This document shows positions 28,354 to 40,595 of a DNA stretch of 64,000 nt, one piece after another (position 1 is the first letter of the stretch; each line of letters opens with the position of its first letter). Made by a program: the position numbers and the translations under genes. The notes under the pieces were generated by a model. That model did not search any database and was not told where the DNA came from. It saw nothing but the letters and a program-made list of their open reading frames with translations. This stretch comes from Antedon mediterranea (Eukaryota > Animalia > Echinodermata). Location: positions 17,546,001 through 17,610,000 of the forward strand of contig NC_092671.1 in NCBI RefSeq assembly GCF_964355755.1, read 5' to 3'.

Positions 28354-31300
28354 AACTAGTTTTTAATCAAGATGTTTGTAACCTGTGAAAACGATACAGT
28401 TGTTTTCTTAACTGATTCATTAAAAAATGTATTATCACACATTACAGCTATTAATTTTGTGACATACAGAACCTTATGCAAATGAGGTAATTGCAAATAA
28501 GGTCATTGCAAATGGTTTGTAGATCCAACTAGCAACATTGTTTCCATGTTGTGACCTCTAACCTACTTAATTTTAAGATTCCCTGAATAGGAATTTGATA
28601 TTCATACTGTGCTAGTTCAAAATGTGTATGAAACTCATATTGATTGTTAGGTTATTGTCTGAACACCTTGGCAAAGTGAATTAATTAACCTACTGAAATG
28701 TTAGGTTTCTCATTGTAAAGTCTTTGGGCCTAATCATGTTAAAATCGAGAGCTGGCTGTATATTTAATCAGGTAATGTTATATTTCCTACATTGAATATG
28801 AGAATGTCTTTTTTTCAATATCAATTTTAATATCGTGTATTTACTCATTGTATACCAAATTTTTAATTTTTAAAAATGCATTTGATAAAAATAAAAGCAT
28901 TATATATATATAATTTTTTAGGCCATGGCTCTAAATTTCTATTTCAGGAAGTGCCTTTAGCCAAAGAAACCATCTACTCATGTGTACTTTGTTAAGTTTA
29001 TAGAAAATGTGGATAGGCCTAGTAGTTTATACTGTAAACAATACATGATGCAAAATATGTAAAATTGACCAAAAGGCTTCAATAATAATAAACATAATAG
29101 GTGATCCGCTAGCGTGGTAGATCACCAGAAAAAAGAATTGCTAATCAAATTTTAAAAACATTTTTATATTTACAGTATAAGCAAGATGGGCTTTTGTCAA
29201 TTGCTAACCTTGTGTTATGAGCAATTTCATAAGTGTATGTTCCCTTACACATTATTTCTGGTTCTAATTTCAGATTCTGTTTTAGTCTGTACATTTTGTT
29301 TAACCCTAGTTGTTCATTATCTGTCAATTTCTCAATGACATATACTGTATAAGCACATTCAATGAATGTAAATCAAAATTGTCTAGACAACTGTGTATAA
29401 AATGAAACATGTACCGTGAACTGTAACATCACTGCTGTAGTTTATCATGTATTTCACAGAAAATATTATTACTTAGACAATTGATATAAGTTTAATGTGA
29501 ACTTGGCTACATACCTTGAAGTTAGATGCCAATTTAAAAAAAAAAGAGATACATATATTTTTTATTATATCTAGATTTTCAAAGTATAATAATACGCAGA
29601 GCTATATTTTCAAATTCTAACAATATAATTAAATTCCTTATATTTTACTTGCAAATCCAGCTTAAATATTTTTTTTAAGTAGATTACTTTATTGTATTTA
29701 AGCAATAATTTAAATGTATTTGTATACATTTCTTTCATTTTAAATATGATAGTTAGCAAAGGTCTTGTTTCCGAAAAAAAGTACCTTTGGATTGGTTTTT
29801 AAATTTAAATAAATTTACTATACCTATTAAAGCTTGTTATACTTTGTGTCCACTGGGACCACAGATGAAAGCACTGTCTGTACTAAATTTGATTATTTCA
29901 TGTTTAACTTTTAATGCTTATGTTTTTAATCTTAATGAAAGGAATAAAACCAAATTTAGTATACAGGTATATATAAAACAAATTTAGAAATATATGATAG
30001 ATTATTGCATTCTACCAATGAAATTAAATGTATGTTAAATATTAAATTTGATTAAATCAATATTATAATAATTCTTTAATCATTATGAATAAAAGAAGTA
30101 TATTAAATAAATACTTTATTGTAGTCCTACTACTTAAATTAGTTTGTAGTAATATAGTTGTTATATAAAGTATATTATATTGTTGACAAGCTCATTGTTG
30201 ACTTTCTATAGTTAAAATTACCAGTACTTATTATTCAGTGGTGTAAACACAGGGAACAAAGGCCCCAGATTTAGCACTCATAAGGGGCCCTCGACAATTG
30301 CACTGATGCTGCTCATGCTCTATGGCACCTCAAAATATTGATCCCCTGTGTTTAGCCAGTGAGTGCTCATATAGCTGTTACGCAACTGTTATTAGTTGCT
30401 TTTTTACTGCTCTGCAAAATTGTATGTACTCTGGGAAGTTACTCTCCCTTGCTTTATCTTTATATTTTTTTAACAATATTAATTATATACTACTTACAGA
30501 CTGTAGCCTCTTATTCAATGTGAGAAGTTACTGCAGTTTGTTCTGCAAAGGGAAATCCCACAGACCTGCTTTTTTTAATAAGAGGAGGAGCGTTTGATCA
30601 GCTCCAACCCATCGAATATTATACCATTACAATTTCAACAAATTTTGCAACAAATTTTGCAATTATTTTAATATTTAGCTAGAAATAATTCTGTATTCCT
30701 CTGTATAACTTTTTTTCATTAATTATTTGTTTGTATAAATATTTACTTAACTGTTTATTTTTGATTATGCTATCAATTTATGTTTGCAATTTTACAACAA
30801 AAAAAGGAATTATAAAGAAATGATTCTAACTTTAAAAATGTATGTGCAATGAAAAATAAGATGCTTATATTTGTTACTAATAAAACAGATGTCAATAAAT
30901 ATGTAATTGTATAAATGATGGTCTCACGTTTTGTATTAAATTAATATTATTAATATTTAAATTTACATGTAGTACAGACATTTACACAGGTTTGATGATT
31001 TTTGCTGTAAAAGGAAAGAAAATTAATTTAAATGAAATAAAATCATCAGCAAAATATATTTTGAGATTCACACGAAGATATGTTTTGAGGACTTGTGTGA
31101 TCATAGTAACTTTCTATTGTATGCATGATTTGATATAGAGATGTTTTGTAAAAACATAGCCGGCCATGTATGGTTATCTCTTTTAAAATAAGAACAATTT
31201 TATTGGGGCTCTCTCAGTCTCCAGAGCCATATATATAAAGACTTTATTTTTTGTTGAATTTTATTTTATCTTTGAATTTTTTTTTATGTTTAAAATCATG

Positions 31301-31489
31301 TTCGCAGTAACTTTATAATTTTTCTATTATTTTAACTAAATCCTTTAAACAAATTGATTGTTTTGATATTAAATTCGATAGTTAAAGCCTTTTGAACGTT
31401 ATACATTTTCAAAACAAAAGACTCCATACTCCACATAGGAATAGTTGGACACAAACGTGACTTCTACTCAATTTGAAGTCACAACTCTT

Positions 31490-31742
31490 TATATTATGGC
31501 TCGCTCTGCTGCTGCTCGTCTCAGCTGTCTAGCGCCCTCTCCAGTTGTTGCCCAGGGGGCTTGGCAGGGCAGTTCATTCACAAAAAAAAGCTGGAGCTCT
31601 TGCTAAATATTTGTATAATTTGGTGTTTTTAATAAGGGTAAGATATTGTTTTGTTTATTTAAAAAGCATATACATTATGCAAATAATATATGATTATTTT
31701 GTTGACGGTAGTTCGTTAAAGACCAAACCAAATGCAGAATAA
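31490..31742 (+). promoter_or_regulatory. Candidate CPT1 promoter and non-coding first exon (donor at 31743)
   Basis: Local GC-rich patch with reverse CCAAT (attggc 31495), donor aa|gtaagc, and taggccta-rich downstream sequence; lies between the NBEAL 3' region and the CPT1 acceptor at 40566. Confidence 0.45.
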
Positions 31743-33756
31743 GTAAGCTAGGCCTGGATGAGCTATACAGCCTTCTTGTTGGTCGTCTGCAGACGACGAT
31801 CTGCTAGTAATACTAATAGAGGAGGAGGAAGAGGATAGGGGTGGGCTAGGCTAAGACCTAGCAATATATGTGTGTGTATAGTATACAGTTTCAAATGCTC
31901 ATCTCTTGATGTTGTTATGATGTAGGCCTTGTAATAATATAATATAAACAAAAATAGAAATGTCAACACAAATTTTTGCATGAAGTGAAAAGGAGGATAC
32001 ACAATCACAGGTTGACAAAGCCTATTATTAATAATAATATTAATTATAAAGGAAGACGGCTGGGACAAGGGCCTATTCAATCAAACCACACATAGGCCTA
32101 GTCATAGGAGTATACAGTTATTATTAGGCCTACTCCATCCATGTTATGCACAATTTAAAATGTGCAAGGGCTTACTTGCGCAATTTCAATTTGAATACAA
32201 AATAGCATGAAATGTAGTAGTAGTAGGCATAAAAAGAAGAAGCCCCCGGCACTCAAGATCCTGTCACATTACCTCGCAGCGTTCTGCTCATCATAATGGC
32301 TTCTCTTAAATTTTTTAAATTTGCTGTTTAATTATAGGAAATCCTTGCGCAATTTAAAATTGTTTAAATTGTGCATAACACATACACCATACAGTACTAA
32401 TACTACTACAGTAGGCTAGGTACTACTGCTTTACAGTAGCTCTAGCCAGGCCTCTGTAGCCTTCTGTACTACAGTATGTTTGGCGAATCCGGTACATGCC
32501 CTGATAGCGGTACTGCTATCGGTACTGTTGTACCGGATTCTCCGAACCATGACTCGTATGACTACTGTACCTTTATAAACAGACCTTTAAAGAAAATGCA
32601 TCATGCCACTTAGAATGTAAATATTGCAAACAAAGATCATTCCATCCCAAACTTACCTCAAACCTGGTGTTTGTGAACATTATTGAAACAGATGCTACAC
32701 TACCCTTTGCACATGGATATATTCTGCATATAGCCTACTGTACAGTACAATAGAAAGTCTAAGAACCTTCATGACACATACCTACCTGTGTATACAATAT
32801 AACTGCAGTACTGTACTGTATCTGATTAGAATCCTCTTTTACTTTCTTGGAACTGAAACTGGGTTCCTCTGTACAGTAGTACTGTAGCATTTCTTGGACA
32901 ACTATTAAGTGCGTTACCATTCTATTATCTAAGGAATCTTATTAAGTATCATACAGTCATTCATTCATTAACAATATCCATTGATTATTATAGCCATTCT
33001 GATTATTACGTCATAATTATCCTGTTATATTGATATTTATTTTTTCTGGATTTATTTGTACTAAAAATGCTGGTAGATGTTTGTAACATTATTCATATTT
33101 GTTTTGCATAATATTATTATTATTTCAATTTTTACTGTTTGAATATTTAGGGTTATAAGGGTACCAGCCAATTGTAGAATTACAATGTAAAAAAACCTAA
33201 TTATATTTTATAAACAAACATAAAATTCCAAAAAAATGTAAATTGTCACTGTGAGCTGTCATCTGATTGGTAGAGTGGAGTAGAGGTTAATGCGCTTGAG
33301 AATAGCCATTTGTACAGTACTTTAGTCTTGCATTATTTTATCCTGGTATTTAAATATTAGTGAGAATTCTATACTAAATATCCTGGTACAGTAAATAGAC
33401 TACTATTTTGTAAAGTATAGTCGGATGGAAGACCTTCAAAATGTCAACACGCAGCAGAAATGTCAAAGGTACTGTTTTGTTTTTATTATTAATTAGGGCA
33501 TTGCTAGCTTGTTTTTTAACATCATTACCTTACCGCGGCTCTATCATCCCCTGTCGGGTGTACAGTAGCCCTCTTCAAGCCTCTACTGTACCATTTGTTT
33601 CTGTTCTGTGCTGTCCTAGCCCAAGTTGTACTGTACCTGTATAAGGTACAGTATGACATCATCTCTCCTATGTTTTGGTCTTTCTCTTCTTCTTTTGCCG
33701 ATTCTCGGCTGCCATTCTGTCAATCTTTTGGCCCATCTGTAGTTGTTCTAGATGAG

Positions 33757-34940
33757 ATGACGGTAGATCACCATATACTTGTAAACAGACTTAAAGATAA
33801 CTATGGGGTAATAGGAAATGCTAGTAACTGGATTAAAACATACGTCGAAGACAGATATTGTAAAGTCACTTTAAATGGATCTGAATCAAGTAAATTTCAT
33901 CTTAGCTCTGGTGTCCCACAAGGGTCCACAATTAGTCCCCCACTTTTTACCACTTACATTAAACCTATTGCTGACATTATTAAGTCTTATGGGATACTTT
34001 TTCATCTACAGATGCAGATGACACTCAATTGTATACCAGCTTTAACCCTAAAGTGCCAGGGGATCTCGAAGTTGCCATTTATAGAATTACTAAATGTATT
34101 AATGATCTTAGTATTTATAAACTTAATGAATCAAAAACAGAGATATTAGTTTTAACTCCACCAAGAGTCGACATTAGTAATAGAAATATTCAACTGAATA
34201 TTGGTGAAATTATTGTTAAACCCTCCAACACAGTTAGAAATCTTGGTGTGGTGTTTGATGTTTTTCTTCGTATGACACCCCACATTGATAATGTCTGCCG
34301 TACTGTAAATTTTTTCTTAAGGGCATTGCGTAGAATAAGAAATTGTTTAGACAAAAAAACGTGTACCGAGGCTTTGAGGTCACTAATTCTATCCAGGTTA
34401 GATTATTGTAACTCACTATTTGTTGGAATGTCCAAACATAATGTTTCGAGATTAAAAAAGCTTCAGAACCGGGCTGCCAGGTTAATTTACCAAATACCTA
34501 TGTTTGTTAGTTCTAGACCTCTGCTTTATGAATTGCATTAGCTACCTGTTGAAAGTAGAATCACTTTTAAAGTGTTACTTCATGTCTACAATTGTATAAA
34601 TAATAATGCGCCCTGTTATCTGAGCAATCTCTTACGGGTGTATAGATGTGCTAAGAGAGGCCTGAGGTCCGAGATAGATCACACTAGATTGGATCACTGT
34701 CTCAAAAAGCTGACCTCTGGAAATAATACTTTCTCAAAATTTGAACCGGTGATGTGGAACAAACTCCCGTCTGTGATCCGGGAACAAACCACGGTTTTAA
34801 AATTTAAAAAAGCCCTCAAAACACATCTATTTCCTATGAAGTGACTCATTGTTGGGTCTGCTGATGTAAAGCGCTTTGATCATTTTATACTAATTTGGAA
34901 AAGCGCTATATAAATAAAATAATAATAATAATAATAATAA
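33757..34940 (+). mobile_element. 5'-truncated, decayed L2-like LINE
   Basis: RT motifs TVDHHILVNRL, GVPQGSTISP, SRLDYCNSL across frameshifts and a stop; 3' aagcgctatataaat plus (AAT)n tail. Confidence 0.9.
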
Positions 34941-37128
34941 TGATGAGAAACTCAACAGTTCTTTTCAGAAGTAACATACTGTACGTAGTGTACCACAAAC
35001 TAATTTCAAAATTTTTTTGTTATGACAATATGACATACCCTTAGTAACTATCAATAATGATGAAATCACAATTTTTCTTATTTTACTGTATTCTTGCTTA
35101 AGTACTTTATTTACAAAGGAAGTTAAAGCAAATCTGTAAGGTTTCCTCGCATAGTGCACATTTTAGTGGATGGTTTTGGTCCATGCATGCAATATTGAGT
35201 TGAAATATGTATTGTTGACATTAAGCATTTTAAATTAGGGAGAAAGATATACTGTAAGTTCCACAATAAAACAACACGTAAGGCACAAAACTAAACTGCT
35301 CAAACCATGCGCAAACCTCAAAAACCCTTCAAAACCCCCTTCACAAACATCCTCCAAATGGCTAATTATTAGTTCTATCATGAATAGGACTAGTACTTAG
35401 CTCTCTGCAAAAATAAGCTTTATCATATTTTCACCCAGGTTTGATCTAGTATTCACATTCAGAAATTTATAAATATACATTTATCAAGATTTATGCTATA
35501 TAATATAAGTATACTTAATATCAATGTTTTTATACATTTATTTGAATTGATGAATAATTTTGTTTCTCAAACTTAATTATGTATGTTTCCTTGTTGGAAT
35601 TTTGTAAAATGCTACTACAGTAATTAGCTTCGGTACTATAAACTCTCATATATAATCTTTTGAATTTATTAGCAGAATGAACGACCAAATAGCTTTCATA
35701 TCATTAGTAAGAGGTACAGTATGACCTATTTATAGTCTGCACATTTGTGAAGGTGACTTTGAGAATATACAGTACTATGCAGGTACTATTTTGTGTGCAT
35801 TCGGACACTGATGAGCTAAATAAACCGTGTAAGGGATCTCAACCATCGTTTTGTCTGCAATGCCCAAAGATACATAGATTTCAATACTGATAACAAGAAG
35901 TCTCCTTATTAAAGTAATCGCATTAACACAGCTATAGTTTGTCTTTCTTCATTGACCTTCAAGCCTACAGACTTACTTCCTAAAAATTACTACCATTTTT
36001 TAGTTACAATAATTATTAATTTTTTCTTTAAACATAAATGAATAGATTATAATATTTAAAACTAGAAATGCCTTATTAAATTGATTAGCATGTAATGTAG
36101 TAATGTATGCTTGCATAGTAACCTAAAGAGGTAACATAACTATTCATATTGAAAAGTACATTGTATAAAAACACAAATAAAAGAAATTAATTAATTAAAA
36201 TGAGCCATTGTACAATATGGGTTGCTAGTGTAGTAAAAGTAAATTACTCTTTAGCATTTAAAAATACTATTTGATAGAAAAAATGTAAAATTTAACTGTA
36301 ATTTTGTATACAGACATGTGCAATGCAGTAGATATAGTTTCGTCTATAAAGTCTGATAACAAATAATTATAACTAGATATTAATGTTAATTCTGTTTACA
36401 TGACCCGGAAATGTTGTGATAGAATTATTTGGCATTTGATAAGATTTGTGGGTTTGGCCTATATTCAAAAGATACAGTAGAGTTGTTAAAATATAAAATT
36501 GTTAATCACACAGTAAAGGAAAGTGGGTGGGTACACTGTAGGGAGTTTAAAGCTTTCCTCAATGGATACTGCACTGCAACTTATTACTATTCAAAATTTA
36601 TAATTTAAATAATGTAAATAATAATAAAGTAAATAAATAAAAATAATCTTGTACTGTATTGTATTCATTGTATTCTTTTGAAAAGAAAGAAATAGAATGG
36701 ATTGTAACTGGCCGTTATGGGTGCTCTACAATCACATGTTAATTGAATTGACCAGTCAGTTGTATCATTCACACAGTAGTTTTTAAAGTCCACACTTTTG
36801 GAGACCGTAAACATTTTCTTTTTTTTACTATGTTGTGTTCAACATTTGTGATTATATATTCTATTTGATAGATACCAATGCAGATGAGTCTTCACACTAA
36901 TATCAGTAATTTATTAAAGTTCATTGGAAAAGACATTTCTTGAGCTTTTTATTCTTAATCTAAAGCTCTGTTTACACTATCAAACTAGTTTGACAAAAAT
37001 AAATGTGATGTTCTTAAATATGGTAGTGATATGCCCAAATATGGTAGTGATAAGACATCATCATGTCCATATATAAGCACATCACATTTTTTTGTCACAT
37101 AAAGTTTTATAATGTTGACAGAGCTTAA

Positions 37129-37618
37129 AGATGTATTGTCCCTTTGTCAAATTCCAAAAAAAATAAGAATAAAAAGATTTTGAAAAAAAGTGGGTCATTT
37201 TGAAGTATCATAATAGTTATTAACTTTCACCAAAAATTAGTCGAAAAAAAAAAATTTTAACTGAAAAACATATCTTATAACGCAATGCGCTTATTTGGCT
37301 ACTCTGTATGCATAATCATAAAATTTCCTCGCAATCTGTGTGAAAACACCCTCTCAACAGTGACGAGTTGTAAACAATCCTAATTAGCACCATGCATAAT
37401 GTATACTCATGGTTTGAAATCTTTGTTTACTTTCGCTCGCGACTATTTTCCAGACGAAATGTAATCAAATTAATTTAGCTGTTAATTACGTAAAAATTGT
37501 TGTTTTTGGCTCGAATTTTCGACTTAAAGTGAATAACTTTAATATTACTTTGATATGGCCAATTAAAATTTAGTATATTTTGACCTTCATTTTTTGTGTT
37601 TCAATGGACAATACATCT
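37129..37618. mobile_element. Kolobok-like non-autonomous element (TTAA TSD, TIR agatgtattgtcc); near-identical copy 46863-47382; different-interior copy 49221-49565
   Basis: ttaa|agatgtattgtccc ... ggacaatacatct|ttaa termini (one mismatch in the third copy). Confidence 0.8.
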
Positions 37619-38771
37619 TTAAGGGGAAGGTAAATTAAATCCAACAAAATACAATTCATAATTTTTCAGGATTAAAGGGTCTTTCACACCTGTTCCGGCA
37701 CGATTCCGGTCCGGCGCTGGAAAATCCAATCGAACGCCAATGTTTCGTTTTCACGCGGCTACGCACATATCGATTGGCGCATAGCCGCATGAAAACGAAA
37801 CATTGATGTTCGATTCGCCGTGCCGGAACAGGTGTGAAAGACCCTTAATACTGTTCGACATGCAGGAATGGCCATGTTGTGTAACATGTATTGTTGACCT
37901 CATACCAAAAATGATTAGTCAATATGGTCAATGTTAATTGTTATTAATCATGCGTACAGTACAGTAAGATAAAAGCATTTGCTAATACAATTGAACTTTG
38001 CATTGTAAACAAACTAATTGAAAATAATGTACTGTACTACAGTATTTAGAAATAGATTAAAAATGATAGTAATAATAACTACTGTATAGTTATCAAAAAC
38101 AGATTGCAAGTTGTAGTATTTCCACTTTGCATCTGAATGAGTTGGGATCTGTTTTGATATTTTATTTTTCCTGGATTTACAGTATTCAAAGTACTTTAAG
38201 CACTTACTATTCTATACAACGTACTTAGATCAGGTCTGAATCATGATCATTATAGTAGACTGTACACTACTTGTGTTGTTAAGTACTTTATTGTCCGCAC
38301 CCTGCATGCATCCTGTTGTTTTTACACTTCTGTATTCTTGTGTTTTTGTGCATAATTATTAGATTATAGTAGCTTTATTATTTAAATACATATAAAATGC
38401 TAACTTGCAAGTCATTGGAAAGCCATGGCATATTTGAGGCAGAACTGTAAATTCACAGTACAATTATTTAGTCAATAACTGGTTAATAAAGTACAGTAAT
38501 TGTTGATACTTTTTAACTTTTCAGAATACAGAGTATTGTAGACCCATGTTTTAGAGTTACATTTCTATCCCATGTACAGTAGGCTAAATTTGGACGTAAG
38601 ACTTCAGTAAATCCATTGGTCCTATTGAGATAACTTTGTTTGTCTTTAATCAAATGTGAAAAATAAGGCGATTCTAATAATTGTTATGTTAATGCAATCC
38701 TAGTACATAATTCAACATCCTTACTTAAAACAACTTTCATACTCAGGCTCCCTGGGAATATAAGGTAATAG

Positions 38772-39692
38772 TATACAAATAATGAATGTTTATGAGTGTA
38801 ATGGTACAAATAATGGCACGAGGTGAATGATGAAAGGTTATATCAACGAGGCAACGCCGAGTTGATATAACCTTTCATCATTCACCAAGTGCCATTATTT
38901 GTACTATTACACGAATACAAAACATTCATTATTTGTTTTATATAACATCTAAATAAATTCTAGTTATTTGAATCAAATAAAAGGTAGCCCTAGCCAAAGC
39001 TTACTAGGCTACATTTCATTCACACACATTGATTAAAAACAGTAACATTTGGTTTTTAATAATTTTATATTGAATGTTATATTTATGGATTTCGTAAAAA
39101 CACCTACTTTTGTGTTAATTATGTCAACAAACGACCAAACAATCCTAGGCCTATCAAGGCTAAAACGCCTAGGCTAGGCCTAGCCTAATACTAGCATGAC
39201 CTAGGCTAGACCTAGTAGCCTAGTACTAGCTTGGCTGAAAGGCAAAACTTCGACAGACAATTGGAACTTATCTAAGCTAATTATGGTTTTTCCAACAATT
39301 CCACGTCTTGTAGGGATGTCCCCATTAATTAATCAAAATCCTAAAAACGATCTAAAGCTAATTTAAATGCCTTTTTGAATGAAATTAGTACATAATGTCC
39401 AAATCGTACACAATATCTGCTGCTGTTGCATATCTCGCGGCGGTGTTTACAAATGAAACTGAGACCAGACGACGACAGGTGGCGCTGTTGTATTTCACAG
39501 TACAGAGCCATATCATAGGATAATTGTGTACAGTACTAGATTTTTTTTCATCCGCGAGACGTTTTTTTTTTCGTACACAAAAATGTTTCAAAAAGTACTA
39601 TTAAACGATCGTTTAATAGTGCGTACTATTGCACGCCATGTGACCCACAATCGTCCAAATCAAATGACAGGAATTTATTTAGGTGTTATATA
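38772..39692. mobile_element. Hairpin-headed non-autonomous element (tentatively Crypton-like); fragments ~18583-18640, 23687-23765, 26112-26255, 40063-40135
   Basis: ~170-bp palindrome centred on gaggcaacgccgag, followed by inverted repeats tatataacatctaaataaattc ... gaatttatttaggtgttatata. Confidence 0.6.
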
Positions 39693-40595
39693 ATACTACA
39701 TAGTAATATCCTGGGAATAAATTGATATCTTTACAAATCTACTGTAGAATCAAAACCTAGCATAGTAAATATTAATGTTGTATTGTTGCATAAATTATCT
39801 TGATATTTTCCACAATTTTGACATTTTAAACTGATTGAGTAATGCAGCACTATCTGTCATTCATTGGTTTATACAATTTGTTGATAAATGTTAGTAAATC
39901 TTTTTCCATTAAACTTACTGGGTGGTAGTATATATTTGCTTTGCTGTCATAAACATTACACTTCTTGCAGTATGCAATTGTCAAATTTAGTTCAGTAACT
40001 CAAGAACATTTGAAAGTATGCAAAAGAAACACAACCTGTACATACAAGTACAAAAAAAATAGTATACAAATAATGAATGTTTATTAGTGGAATGGTACAA
40101 ATAATTTCATGAGGTGAAAGTTGCCTCGTGAAAATGGAATTGCAAATTATCTCAAATTGAATAGTACACACAGGATATCTGTCTCAATAAATCAAACTAA
40201 ACAAGAAGGAAAGACGAATTAGATAATAAAACAATTACATGTTAATAAAATATTTATAGCTCTGCTTTGGAGGCAATATTATTGATACTGGTGTCAGATA
40301 CTGAGTATGGTTATAATACTTAGCAAAGTATAAAATAAACCCATGATTGGCTTCTTTCCAGGTTACTGTAAGTGTAAATAAGTCAATCTTTGGTTGCATT
40401 GGTCATGTACTGTAAGGCTTACCTATACAATATGCCTTTCTTGTTTATGAAATATGCAATATGCTTTTTCCTGTATTGTACACTAACAATTATTTGTTGG
40501 TCTTGTATATTGTTCTTACAAGTTACAGTAGCAGCCTTCGTCAATCTTTTATTTTTTATTTTTCAGGTGCCCTTCTTGGCAATCAACAAAGCAAG

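Noticed and set aside
28354-31480. Short ORFs between NBEAL and CPT1
   Set aside because: AT-rich 3' UTR or intergenic sequence with no motifs or exon structure
33595-34844. Host gene ORFs
   Set aside because: Frameshifted pieces of a decayed LINE reverse transcriptase
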